Of a DNA stretch of 64,000 bases, positions 12,261 through 25,544 are shown piece by piece. The position numbers and the translations under genes are program-made. The notes beneath the pieces were generated by a model. It saw nothing but the letters and a program-made list of their open reading frames with translations, searched no databases and was not told where the DNA came from. How positions within the stretch are numbered: position 1 is the first letter of the stretch; every line of letters begins with the position of its first letter. The DNA lies in NCBI RefSeq assembly GCF_030684315.1, contig NC_081357.1, positions 129,966,808 through 130,030,807 on the forward strand. Direction: 5' to 3'. This stretch comes from Stegostoma tigrinum (lineage: Eukaryota).

Positions 12261-14487
12261 GCAAAAAGCAATTCTGTTTTACGACAAAAGCTTTCTAAGT
12301 ACAAGATGTTGGTGTTATAAAACATTCTTAATATCAATATCACTTTGGATTTGAATGTCTGCTCAGCATGATTCATTGGGGCAAGAAAAAAATCAATTTT
12401 GTTAAAACAAATTCAGAATATCATATCTGATGCAAATACAAAAGCAGAAATCCCATTCTGGAACCTCTAATTTTGATAAAAACGTAAAACAATACGTCCA
12501 TTATAAGTTTCATATCCCATCCACTCTGTTCAATGTTTCTTTTCACTTCAGAGTGGACAATGAGTGGTCAATCTAATAACAGCTGCTTTAGGCCCCATCT
12601 GAAGAAGCAAGTTTTGTCTTCAATGTTTAACTCAGTCACTGTCTGGAAGCTAAAATTATATCAAATTTGATAAACAAGGGCAGCTCCAGCTATTTGCATG
12701 GATTTGCAATTTATCTCAACCTTGACCATGATACATGTCAGTTGTGATAGTTCTTTTCCATTTTGTCATGCAAATATAATGTCAAGTAGTTCCCCCTGCT
12801 AATTTTTGAAGATAAAGATGTGTGAAATGTGTTTTGTGTTTCAGTGAATGTTTCTGAATGAGGCTGAGTGAGAATTAGCAAGTGCTTGTGTATGTACTAT
12901 TGTGCAGAAACACACTAGTGAGGCACCACTCATTTGGCACTCTTTCTGTACCCATCATTATATGGGTTGGGTTAATTTTATTGAAACAACAAGCTTCACA
13001 CACATGACATGCAATTTAATTAATTGTGACATTTCTAGAAACCACAGTAAAATAGCTTTCTGTAAACAAGACAGAACAAAATGAATTTTAAAAATATTTG
13101 TGACTTTATAATCATATTAGCTAGTTTTCAGATGAAGGAAGCTCCACAATATTTTCCTCAAAGATACAGTATATTTTATATTGAAATAAATGAACACTTA
13201 TATGTTTGAAGTAAAAAATAATTTTAGCTCCTTTCCAAGCATCTCCATCAAACAGATAAGCTAGCTTTTTACAGGTCAATGTCACGGTTCTAATAATATA
13301 TACAGCATGTTTACAACTACCATGTGACAAGTCTATGAAATGAGATTTGGCTGCTGGTAGTTAGGAATTCATTGTTGCAATCTGTTTGGATTTGCTCCAT
13401 TTAAATTGGTAACCCTATGAAAATAGTTGGATAAGTATGCTGCAGGATCCTTCTTATTACAGATTCTTTTATTACCAGATTATTGGTGACAGAAGTGCAT
13501 GGTTGCCACTCACAACAGCAAATGAAAAATATAATTCTTTTACGATTCAATCTGAGTGATATTAATATTGGATAGCTGGAAATGATTGCAAGGCAATAAT
13601 CTGATTAAATAGTTCAGATGCCACTATAAACTGCGATTGCCAAGTTTGAGTGTTATTTGAGTGCCATCTGGAATTTTATGAGATTAGATTATAAACTTGA
13701 TTATCAGTTTTACTACCCGCTACTTAGAATAAAATTTTATTTTTGTATTATTTGTAATTACCATTTTTTCAGTCATTTGCACTGGCAACAACCTTCCTTG
13801 TCTTCCTGATGTATGATAATGTTCAGAAAAACATCAACAAGTGGAACATTATTACCTCAAATCTGTTGACAATTGAAGAGCAGATGATGACAAGGAAATT
13901 CTTTGTTTTATGGAAAGAATAAGAAGATAGCATTTATGAAAGAAAACAAGTCAGCCATAAACTTTGGTCGTACATCATCCACCTGACAATTAGATTTAAA
14001 CCTTGGCTAAAATTAACTGCATTGTATCAATGTAAAGTGACTGCCCACCATTAGGTTTTGATATTCTCTGCTGCATGAAAAAGGACCTAACAGTCATACA
14101 GTTACAATTTGTTTTTAAGATATTTGTAAGCTGTATCCAGATAATGAATTTTTTTAATGAATACTTACTCCTGCTGCATAGCAATACTGCGCACAATTTG
14201 TGTGAAGCAGGTCCCACAAAGAAAAATGGATACACTGACTGGCTAATTCATTTGATGGAAGAGGTAGAGAATAATTTTGGCCAATTTATCCCCCTCAGTG
14301 TCATTTCATTTACTTGAAGGACTCCAAATTACAGTTTACTGATCGATTCCAGAACATATTGCTGATCTCTTTGCCTGACAACTGTATTGAAAAGTCAGCA
14401 GTTTTGTTCAACAACAGAAAAGCAATGTCATGGTGGAAATGCCGAGAACAATAAATTCTCAAGTAATGTGGAATAAGAATGGTTCAA

Positions 14488-16430
14488 CAAAGAACAAAGA
14501 ACAAAAAATAAAGAACAAAGAAAATTACAGCACAGGAACAGGCCCTTCGGCCCTCCAACCCTGCGCCGATCCAGATCCTCCGCCTAAGCCTATCATCGAT
14601 TTTCTAAGGCTCTGGATCCCCTTGCTCCCTGCCCATCCATGTACCTGTCCAGATACATTTTAAAAGACACGGCCGTGTCTGCGTCTACCACCTCCGCTGG
14701 CAACGCGTTCCAGGCACCCACCACCCTCTCCTAAAGAACTTTCCACGCATATCTCCCTTAAACTTTTCTCCTCTCACTTTGAACTCATGACCCCTAGTGA
14801 TTGAGTCCCCCACTCTGGAAAAAAGCTTCTTGCTATCCACCCTGTCTATACCCCTCATGATTTTGTAGACCTCAATCAGGTCCCCCCTCAATCTCCATCT
14901 TTCTAATGTAAATAATCCTCATCTACTCAACCCTTCATCATAGTTAGCACCCTCCATACCAGGCAACATCCTGGTGAACTTCCTCTGCACCCTCTCCAAA
15001 GCATTCACATCCTTTTGGTAATGTGGCGACCAGAACTGTACACAGTACTCTAAATGTGGCCGAACCAAACTCTTATACAACTGTAACATGACCTGCCAAC
15101 TCCTGTGGTCAATACCCTGTCCATTGAAGGAAAGCATGCCGTAAGCCTTCTTGATCATCCTATTGGCCTGCGTTGTCACCTTCAGGGAACAATGGACCTG
15201 AACACTCAGATTTCTCTGTACATCAATTTTCTCCAGGGCTTTTCCACTTACTGTATAGTTTGCCCTGAATTTGATCTTCCAAAATGCATCACCTCGCATT
15301 TGCCCGGATTGAACTCCATCTGCAACTTATCTGCCCAACTCTCTAATCAATCTATATTCTGCTGTAATCTCTGACAGTCCCCTTCATTATCTGCTACTCC
15401 ACCAATCTTAGTGTCATCTGCAAACTTGCTGATCAGACCACCTACACCTTCCTCCAAATCATTTACCTATATCACAAACAACTGTGGTCCCAGCACAGAT
15501 CCCTGTGGAACACCACTGGTCACAGATCTCCAATTTGAGAAACCCCCTTCCACTACTACTCTCTGTCTCCTGTTGCGTAGCCAGTTTTTTATCCATCTAG
15601 CTAGCATACCCTGGACACCATGTGACTTCATTTTTCTACATCAGCCTGCCATGGGGAACCTTATCAAATGCCTTACTGAAGTCCATGTATATGACATCTA
15701 CAACCTTTCCCTCATCAATCAACTTTGTCACATCCTCAAAGAATTCTATCAAGTTGGTAAGACATGACCTTCCCTGCACAAAGCCATGTTGCCTATCACT
15801 GATAAGCCCATTTTCTTCCAAATGGGAATAGATCCTATCCCTTAGTATCTTCTCCAGTAGCTTCCCAATCACTGACATCAGGCTCACCGGTCGATAATTA
15901 CCTGGATTATCCTTGCTGCCCTTCTTAAACAAGGGGACAACATTAGCAAGTCTCCAGTCCTCCGGGACCTCACCCATGTCTAAGGATGCTGCAAACATAT
16001 CTGTTAAGGCCCCGGCTATTTCCTCCCTCGCTTCCCTCAGTAACCTGGGATAGATCCCATCCGAACCTGGGGACTTGTCCACCTTAATGCCTTTTAGGAT
16101 ACCCAACACTTCCTTCCTCCTTATGCTGACATGACCTAGAGTAAGCAAACATCTATCCCTAACCTCAAACATCTATCCTTAACCTAACTTCAACCATCAA
16201 TCCCTTCCCTCTCCTTGGTGAATACCGACGCAAAGTACTCGTTAAGAATGTCACCCATTTTCTCTGACTCAACGCAAACTTTCCTTCCTTGTCCTTAAGT
16301 GGGCCAATCCTTTCTCTAGTTACCCTCTTGCTCTTTATATATGAATAAAAGGCTTTGGGATTTTCTTTAACCATATTTGTTAACAATATCTCATGTCCCC
16401 TCTTAGCCCTCTTAATTCCTCGTTTCAGAT
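14488..16430 (-). mobile_element. CR1-clade LINE (HER1-like), 5'-truncated
   Basis: ORFs KSPGSDGIYPRLL..NYRPVSL..QHGFVQGRSCLTNL..MDFSKAFDKVPH and LVRPHLEYCVQFWSP; FADD near 15410-15424; 3' tail (tttgttc)n at 14488-14520. Confidence 0.96.
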
Positions 16431-16600
16431 ATAAAACATGATCTAAAACTGCAGTTCCCTCCTTGGCATACTGAGTAAGCATTTGCTATTTCATCATGTT
16501 GTGTGGATTTTCACTTTCAGTTGAAAATCCAACTGCATTTCTACGTAACTGTCGTCATTATTGACTTGTATCACCTTACAACTTATGTGCGGAGACGTAC

Positions 16601-16729
16601 TTCACACAAGAGCTTTTCTCCATTCCTGAGGTTTGTAATTTGTATAAAAGTAGACTGCAGCTGCCATAACCCAAAGAAAGGAATTGTGCTCACTGTTTCT
16701 GAGCCCTTTGCAATAACGGTGTTTACTTC
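16601..16729 (-). other. Candidate 129-nt exon of an unidentified host transcript
   Basis: Minus strand tttattgtacttacatag|GAAGTA..TGTGAA|gtacgt; open phase 0-0 frame EVNTVIAKGSETVSTIPFFGLWQLQSTFIQITNLRNGEKLLCE in non-repetitive-looking DNA. Protein not recognised. Confidence 0.25.
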
Positions 16730-17869
16730 CTATGTAAGTACAATAAACAGAATATGAGGCACCTTTCTGTCCACTTTCTTCATTTGTTGATGTAGTTTTA
16801 TAAAAGGATGATTTCAAAAAAGTATAACTTTTTAAACTGCCTCATACCTGATTGCATATTGTGCTTGAGTTAATCCATTTACTGATATATAAAACATGAC
16901 CGATCCGAAACTCTAAGACTAAATTCTGACTGAGGTTAAAAACTATTAAGTGAAAGGATTATTTCCATAAATTTAAAACATAAAGTTTTTTCAAGTAGGA
17001 AAATTAATATATATGTAACCAATTATTCAATGTGTTTAAGCCATAATTCTGGATCCATATGATCATAGCCTTATTTTATTGTCCAAATTGAAACTAATGT
17101 CTTACCAGACTGAATGAACCAAAGAACAAAAAAAACTGTATTAATAATATTACAGGACATTCAATCAACACTGTTACATTCATGCAATCATTGGACACTA
17201 AAAATAAATTCGCACAATATTATTAAGGTTAATGAAATATCAATATCAAGCAGGTCAACAACATTTATGTTCTTTTCATTATGTAAAATAAAACAATCTA
17301 ATTGAATCAAATTCTACATTTGATCACTTTTCCTCGAGAAGATAAGGACTGATCTCAGACCCCCCCACCATTAGTCAACTAATCAGCAAAACAGGGTCAG
17401 CTCCTATTATCATTTGCTGAAAATGAGGGTTGTGTGAACAAACTTTCATTGAGAAATTATTTAAATTACTACTCCTTTGTATCTAATAAATACTAATGTG
17501 GTGTTGTGTTACAGATCACTCAGAGTCTGAGTAGCTGTGACATATCGTAGCCTTGTACTATGTATCACACTGGGAGAGGCTCCAATTCTTTTTTCCCATC
17601 ATATGGCAGACAAGAATCTCTTTCACTTTTTGTAGCTGCCATTGGCATGTGTTAAAAGCACTTGTCGGTTGATAATGAGCCTGTTTGACTGTTTATGGTA
17701 ATGATTCCAAGAGTTAATGTTGGAGACTGCATAAAGGTCCACCCAATCTGACGATGTCAGAAGGATTTCAGTGGGAAAAGGCAAAACTTCTTCGAATCTT
17801 GTTGGGCAAAGACCTAGATCCACAAGTCTCTCAATATTCTAATTTACTTCTTAACTTGGTACCTGATTG

Positions 17870-18152
17870 GCATCATACAGAAAACAACATCTTGTTTAAG
17901 ACAGAGCCACTTCTTGTCATGACTCCCCAGTGGTTTTTCTCTACCACTGTAAACAAACAGGCATTTTGACCCAGTCAATAGAAGGAGCATGGTGGCAGCA
18001 AACCACGAGCTAGTAGTGGTTGGCATTGGAACTCATGCAACATGTTTTGCAACGTTAAGAACGCACCTTCTTTGGGCACCAAGTCCAAAAGTGAGACTCG
18101 AAATGAAGCTTCTAGTTCAGAGGTAGAGCTGCTACCCACTGCACCATAAGCC
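17870..18152 (-). mobile_element. Old tRNA-derived SINE
   Basis: Minus strand tggtgcagtgggtagc..ctctgaactagaagct..ttcgagtctc gives A and B boxes; related head at 51888. Confidence 0.6.
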
Positions 18153-18380
18153 CTCCCAACAAACACTGTATGCCTCATTCAATCTCATTTGATGCCAATG
18201 CGTTGTTCACTCTCTGAGATTATTCTCGGGTGGTTCTAGTTCAAATCATCCAGACAAGAGACATAATCTGCCCTCTCATCACAAACCAATGTTTTTGATT
18301 AATGTAGACGTAACATATCTATGGTTACAGAACTTTACACCAAAGATAAATTTCATCATTATCTCAAACACAGAGGATAA

Positions 18381-18534
18381 NNNNNNNNNNNNNNNNNNNN
18401 NNNNNNNNNNNNNNNNNNNNNNNNNNNNNNNNNNNNNNNNNNNNNNNNNNNNNNNNNNNNNNNNNNNNNNNNNNNNNNNNNNNNNNNNNNNNNNNNNNNN
18501 NNNNNNNNNNNNNNNNNNNNNNNNNNNNNNNNNN
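18381..18534. other. Assembly gap (154 N)
   Basis: Run of N. Confidence 1.
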
Positions 18535-18669
18535 GAACAAACACATTGCGCTACAGGTCTAAATAGAAAATGCATTGGCAAGGCGTTAGTCGTAACACAA
18601 TTGATGGAGTTCAGTGACATTTGTCACATGGTTCATCCAAAACTGAGACAACAGTCTCATTAGCGATCT

Positions 18670-19080
18670 GCAGATACCAAATGGGCATCTAGGGGCAGCT
18701 CGCTAGTTTCACAGGAAAAAGGTTGGTCTGGCCCCCTCCCCAGTAGTGGTCCTCAGGTAGGTCCTGGAGGGTTGTGGAGGGAGGGAAGGATTTGATTGAG
18801 AGAGAAGGGGAGCGATTGGGAAGACTAGGGGAATGATTGGGAGGGGGCCAATTCGGAGCTGGCATTGGTCTACAAGGGCTGGTGTGGAGCTAGACAAAGC
18901 ACTCCTTCTCCACCCAGCTCCACATTCAGGTAAGTATTTTTTTCAAAAACTTACCTTTATGGTGGCGGCCTCCAGCGGTCCCTTTAAGGACTGCTGGCTC
19001 GGCCGCATGTAGACACGGTTATCTTGAACGCAGCTGGCCCGGTGCCAGAGAAAGGAGAAGACCTATGCAGAGGAAAATTG
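18670..19080. repeat. GC-rich interspersed repeat, probably a non-autonomous DNA transposon relic
   Basis: GC- and G-rich island with internal palindromes aggtaagt..acttacct and ccagcggtcc..ggactgctgg; no ORF recognised. Confidence 0.35.
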
Positions 19081-20182
19081 TTATTGGGATTTCTAAATAA
19101 AATAATATGGCCATATTTAATGATATGTTAAGAGAACTGTTTGATTTTTATGTGCTTATTATTATAAGTCATTGGCTCAAAAAAAGTAACATAGTAACCA
19201 AAAGAAAATGGAGTAAAACTGTTTGAACAATTGTGTTGTGTTTTGGCCGGTTGCTGGCTGGTCAATAGCATTTCCTGTTAGTTGGGTGCATGAACATAAT
19301 TTTTAATTGATTTGCACTTAGTTCATCAGATTCTTGGGTCAATTTCACTTGTTCCCTTATTGATGTGTGACTGTTAAAAACGAAGGTGTTTATAAAGTAG
19401 CAACAAATGTTAAAACCTCAGTTATAATGTTGAGTTTTAATACAAATTTTGAACTTTTCTCCGATATTCCCATTTCATTAGAAGGATGGGCAAAGGGGAT
19501 ACTTCAATTCCTCAACAGTTAATGGACTTTATTGGTTGAGCTGATGTTGATAGCTAAATATATTTTACTCTAACTCTTAACTAAACAGTTTACTTTCTAG
19601 TCCCTTGACTACTGAATTTAAACTGTTGAGAAAACCTTCCATGAGTCAGATTGATATTGAAGGGCTAGACTCCTACGAGTAGCTAACTAATTACCTTATT
19701 TCAAGTTTAGATGTTAACCGATTACATGCATTTCACGAAACTGCTGATAGCTGCCACCGTTGCTTTGGCTTTAACCTGGGAAAGGAATCTGAAGCTGGTT
19801 TCCATTTGATGTTTGATTCTGGACACTGGCAGAAACTGGCAAGGATGATGGAGAACTCCAGAAAGTGGGAATGTACCTTGGCTGTGGATTTCCACCAAGG
19901 ACACAAAGAGGCAGACCCTAAGCTGCTAACAGAGGAAGGGGAAGGAAGCCCTTTGTAACAGAGCCCCACAGACTGGGGGCTGGAAGAGCACTACCATTTC
20001 TTATGTCCCTGAAAAGAACCTTTGAAACAAATCCAAAAGCCAAGACATTGCAGGACTCTTTCAGACCTTGCTGTTGTCTGCATATGCCAGCAGACCAGCA
20101 ACTGTCAAGGCCTCAGCTGACCCACAGCAAAAATCGCAAGGATGGCAAACAGGGATGGACAAATAGGCCTCCACTTTGAGAC

Positions 20183-21225
20183 TAAGTGCAAAATATTGCA
20201 GATGCTGGAAATCTGAAATGAAGCAAAATGCTCAACATACTCAGCAGGTCTGACAGCCTCTGTGGAGAAAGAAACACAGATAACATTTTGAGTCAACTAT
20301 TACTCTTCTTTAATGGTGAAAGAGTCAAGAAACGTGAGTGGGAAGTAGGGAGGAGGAGAAAGAACAAAAGGGAAAATCTGTGATAGGGAATGGGGTGAAG
20401 AGATTGACTGACAAGATATCATGGAATCAAAGGACATGAGAATGTAGCAATCAGTTGAGGTGTTTATCCAGGGTGAATGTAAATGGGAGAACAATGAAAA
20501 GCTTTGTCTGCAAGGAGAAACAATTGAAAAAAGATTTAAACTGACACATAGCTAAACAAAAACATTTAGTATACTGTACCTGCTTGCTTACAATGTGATC
20601 TCCTCTACTCTATGGAGACCAAGCACAGATTGAGTGAATGCCTTGTAGATAATCTCCACATGGTCCACAAAGCTGACATCTATGCCTTTTATTTTAATTC
20701 AATATCTTGTACTTATGCTCACAGTTCTGTCCTAGGCTTGCTGCGGTATTCCAGTGATGCTCAATGTCAACTCAAAGTGCACCATCCCATTCTCTAATTA
20801 GACATTCTACAGTTTTCTACACTCAACTGACATCAGCAGTTTCAAACTATGACCTCTGCCCTCCTTTTTTGTTGCTTAGCCTTGTGTCAGTTTGAATTGT
20901 GTTTTTCAATAGCTTTTCCATTCAGAAAGAGTTGGTCATTAAATTCAATCTGGATAAATACCTCAACTAATTACTACAGGCATTCCCACGCCCTTTGCCT
21001 TTGGTTCAATAAAATCTTCATCATTTAATTGCTTTCTTCTTCTACCTTATCCTAGACCTTCCACTTTGTTCTTTTTCCTCCTCCCTCCTTTTTACAGGAT
21101 CTACCACTCACATTTCTAACCTCTTCCACTTCTGGGCATTCATTTTTGACACAAATCGTTAACTATTTCGCTCTCTGCCCATATTGCCAGGCTTACTGAG
21201 TGCTTCCAGCACTTTCTGTTTTTAC
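20183..21225 (+). mobile_element. Old Penelope-like element: inverted pLTR, GIY-YIG remnant, direct pLTR
   Basis: 20183-20565 is the reverse complement of 20870-21225. The middle encodes degenerate C..CDLLYS.ETKHRLSECLVDNL..SVLGLL, homologous to the ORF at 7534. Confidence 0.8.
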
Positions 21226-21681
21226 CTCACTTAGCTAGGCAGGTAGCTGATTCAAAGCAAGACATTCACTGGTTAAAATGATTTGCAATGTGAATGGTGT
21301 GTGCGATTTGTCAACTCGATTTTAATTTGCCTATGAGGTGGGTCAGACTAAGATCATGGTTGGAATTTTTAATTCCAGCCATATGTGTGCTGTGTACTAT
21401 TATTGATTAGAATATAATAGCCTCCACAAAGCAATCACAGAAGGAATTTCAAGTCAAATAGGGAGAACGATTAAATATGGATGAAGTATCCTTCTCTTTT
21501 CATGATACAACTTCACTTATGCAAGTCTCAATATCATTTTCTTGTGAGATTACTAATGTCTCAACCCATCAAAAACACACATGAACAATCGCTTCCTTTA
21601 CTCAGCAGAACTATTAAGTGTTGCCAAGTGGCTATTTGGATATTTAAATAAAGGTGAGCAAAGCAATTACAAAAAATGGGA

Positions 21682-21878
21682 GATAATGGGAACTGCAGAT
21701 GCTGGAGAATCCAAGACAACAAAATGTGAGGCTGGATGAACACAGCAGGCCAAGCAGCATCTCAGGAGCACAAAAGCTGACGTTTCGGGCCTAGACGGGT
21801 CTAGGCCCGAAACGTCAGCTTTTGTGCTCCTGAGATGCTGCTTGGCCGGCTGTGTTCATCCAGCCTCACATTTTGTTG
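21682..21878. mobile_element. Solo fold-back pLTR hairpin insertion with 13-bp TSD
   Basis: 80-bp inverted arms 21717-21796 and 21799-21878 with one mismatch; acaaaaaatggga at 21669-21681 and 21879-21891. Confidence 0.93.
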
Positions 21879-23769
21879 ACAAAAAATGGGATTATTATTT
21901 TAATTTTATTGCAGCCTTATGTTAAAGGACAGCTGTAGCTGCCATGATAACTGAAGGGAACATGATAAAGTATAATTTGGGAAATAATTAAGTTTGTAAT
22001 AGTTCTAATGTTTGTGATAAATATGTAGTTAGTTTCAGGTTATATTTTATTACTGCTCCCCAATCACAATATTATATGACCATAAGACATAGGATAGTTA
22101 AGCTTTTACGCTGATATTATACTGAATTATTTTTGCAACCTAGATTGATCATGGTGAATTAACTAATGAGAGAAGATGAGGTTTAACTGTGGTAGGAAGC
22201 CTCCATTGAATAATTTAAGCCAATCAAAGAAAAGATCAGTTGTGTGGCCCAGGAAGAACATTTTAAAAATGTCAGTGAAATAGTTTGTTTCAAATACAGT
22301 GATGATTTTGTGCACACCTGTCATTTGTCACTGTAGTAACTATATCTAACACTCATTAGCAGATATAATTAAATTTGTGATAACACTGCTTTTTTATAAA
22401 TTTTTGATGGGCATATGTGCTGCACTGTATATATCAAAAATCCTCAGCACTCCCATAGACTTGACCACTTAAAAAGTTGTAGACACGAAGGGTTGTTGGA
22501 GGGAAGTATCCATAATTCCCCTCACAATTCAGTTGCCTGTAATCTTCCAAGTAATGTTCTCATGGGTGTACGCCTAAGTCCTTAGCTGTTTAGCAGATGC
22601 CTGTTTTACAATACATTTAAGAAACCAACTTCAACGTACCGAACCTTTGCATTCTGAGTTCCAAGTCTGGATTTATTTGAATGCTCTTCTTTGAAAAAAA
22701 ATGTAACTTATTACAGCTTTTCCCTAACTCCATCACAATCCCTGGACAATCTGGAAACCTACTTCTGACACTGTTATGCTAATGACTGACGACTACAGAA
22801 TTTAAGGGAGCCCAGGGTCATGAGCCCACTGCGAATGTCAACTGATCTTCAAGAAATTGGAAGTCAGTCATTCACTAATGTAACGGAAGAAGAGCACATA
22901 ACCCACTCCTATCTATCACCCTTCATAAAATCCACAAACAGAAGGTGAAACTGGTCTTTGAAAGTACATTTCACAGGACAATTAAAATTAATGGAAAAGA
23001 AACAAACTGAGGATAACACAGACTGTCAATTCACTGCAAATACACTACTAGTGAAGAACAATTCCCTGACACTGCACGATAAATTTTCAACGCAGTTTCT
23101 TGAGAACAGTGAACAAGAAGGGATGGGAGAATTCTGACTAATCACGTTTACATTAATTTACACAAGTTTTCTTGAGAAGAATGCTTCCTATTCACAGCTA
23201 GAAAAGCACTACCAACCCTACAACAGTCTCCCTATTAGTGAAGCAGCTATGGGAACAGGACCTCGTGCCTTCTTTACTTTGTGAGCAGCTGCTTGGCCAG
23301 ATGTCCCTTGTTGTTCACACATTATACTGTGCGTCATGTTTCTAATGTAAATTTACACTACTTATATTTCTGCCCCTCTCCAGACACAAAATGAAATGTA
23401 AGCAAACCAGCTCATTGGAGGAAATCCAACTTAGATGTCTCAATTTGCAATCAAACCTTTTATAAGAAACTCATTTTGTGCTAATTTTTCTTCTGCAATA
23501 AAACCTTTTCCCTAGTCTGATCTGAATCCCTGTCTTCAATGGTATTCCATCACTGTCTAAAAAATCAGCCGTTAATAACAAACAGATACTTCCCTTGGAG
23601 GGTGATGAAAGTATCTTCACACAGTAAACAAACAGTCAAAAATTTAGGCACAGTTATTTTAGTAGATTTACTGGTAGAGCACTGTAAACACTAACACTCA
23701 AACAGGGAGGCCTTTTGAGCCCTAGACTTTAGTTCTTGATCTCATAATAACATTGATGTCACTGTATCA

Positions 23770-24480
23770 CGAGTGTGCAGAGGGTCATTCTCCAATTTCC
23801 AGGAAATATACAAGGTGCAGCCTGGTGAGAGAATGAGTGAATGATGGAGCCCAATGAGGAATTAGGCAAGGTAATCAGCAGGATTTTCTGTAGGATCAGA
23901 TATGTTCTCAAGGATTGGATATGTAAATCACAAATCTTGAGAATGGGCATCTTAGAAAGATTGCAAGCAGCAGGAATTCAATTGGCCAGTTAGCTAAGAT
24001 GGTTTCAGATCTAAGGGATGTTCTTAGGAACCAGATAGGAAGATTAAAGTTGTTGGCATTCCTGTTAGTGGATCAGGAGAACTGTTGGGGGTGAGGTATG
24101 ATGATCCGTGTTGGGTATGTACATGAGATGGGACAATGATTGGGATATCCTCGAGCCCGACATCTTGTGACTGACAGCAGCAGTCACAAAGTTAATCACA
24201 TTATTAATCTCCAGGTAAGTTAATAAAAACAATGGTTCCAGAGGTACGTAGCACAGGTACAAGCTGTCTCAGGCCTGAACAAAGTTACAGAGGTAGGCAT
24301 TATTCCATTATTTGCACATCTTAATCAGATAATTCCAGCTTTAGGTGTGGTGAAAGAACGTCTCTGGTTTATCCTTCATCAAATTGAGATCCAACAGGGC
24401 TCACAGCAGAAGAATGTGTGCACACACATCATGCACCATTTCGATTCGTAGCAGATTCCTGCAGCTCCAAAGAAAACAGG
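23770..24480 (+). mobile_element. Very degenerate non-LTR RT relic (I/Nimb/Jockey-like)
   Basis: Fragments GILERLQAAGI..QLAKMVSD and SNRAHSRRMCA resemble RT domain 3-4 and QN.ALR.C.GA motifs; many stops. Confidence 0.35.
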
Positions 24481-24785
24481 CATTACCTAAACTCCCTCAA
24501 GTGTTTGAATTGCCCCCCGCTCTCCAAACTCTCCAGCCACACAACCTGCAAACGCACATTATCAGACGATGATTTCAAGGTAAGTCTAAATATCAGGCAG
24601 TATTTTTAAAAATTGCATTTTGCATTTAATTAATGATATTTATAAGGTTACTGATTAACTCCTCCGGTTTCAGTGGGGTGGGTTTAATACAATGTTGAAG
24701 TGCAAAAGACATTGCATGCAAAATCAACAAGGTTTTTCTCTCCACTGGCACTGTCCTGTGTTTATTGCATTTTCTGTTTTGCTCG

Positions 24786-25544
24786 ATATTTTCAGGATTT
24801 GCATTCTGTTTTGTGTATGTCACAGAGGGACAGAAGACTGGATGCTTTGTACTCACTTTCTACAAATGGATTAGTTGTGCCTGTACCTTTTACTGACTCT
24901 CCACAAAGGCACAAAGACACATACAGAAGTATCATCTCATTGCAATTGCAGAAACAGTGGCGTGGTCACTGGGTACTGAATATTCAAAGCTTTTTGATCT
25001 CTAAGAAAGACAGGCAAGAAGGAAAGGGAGGACGGTTTGGGCTACTGCTTTTGTGCTCCTGAGATGCTGCTTGGCCTGCTGTGTTCATCCAGCCTCACAT
25101 TTGATTATCTTGGAATTCTCCAGCATCTGCAGTTCCCATTATCTCTGATACTATATCCCATACGTTGTTTGTCCAACCTGAGATTCCGCCAACAAATTTA
25201 ACAAATGTAATCCCTTAAAAATCCCATGGTAACAAAGTGTGGACCTGGATGAACACAGCAGGCCAATCAGCATCTCAGGAGCACAAAAGCAGTAGCCCAA
25301 ACCGTCCTCCCTTTCCTTCTTGCCTGTCTTTCTTAGAGATCAAAAAGCTTTGAATATCCAGTGACCACGCCACTGTTTCTGCAGTTGCAATGAGATGATA
25401 CTTCTGTATGTGTCTTTGTGCCTTTGTGGAGAGTGAGTAAAAGGTACAGGCACAACTAGTCCATTTGTAGAAAGTGAGTACAAAGCATCCAGTCTTCTGT
25501 CCCTCTGTGACATACACAAAACAGAATGCAAATCCTGAAAATAT
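24786..25544. repeat. About 300-bp inverted duplication (arms 24786-25092 and 25245-25544) around a 152-bp spacer
   Basis: Arms are reverse complements with a few substitutions and one 7-nt indel; ORFs 24700-25062(+) and 25275-25799(-) share IQSFLISKKDRQEGKGGRFGLLLLCS. Confidence 0.95.

Noticed and set aside
13996-14090. Possible minus-strand exon (SFFMQQRISKPNGGQSLYIDTMQLILAK)
   Set aside because: Weak donor (gtttaa), poor pyrimidine tract and no recognisable homology.
18279-18663. ORFs containing X runs
   Set aside because: Artefacts of the N gap.
24450-24586. Plus-strand exon ending at AAG|gtaagt
   Set aside because: Overlaps a degenerate LINE relic, the acceptor is weak and the peptide is unrecognised.
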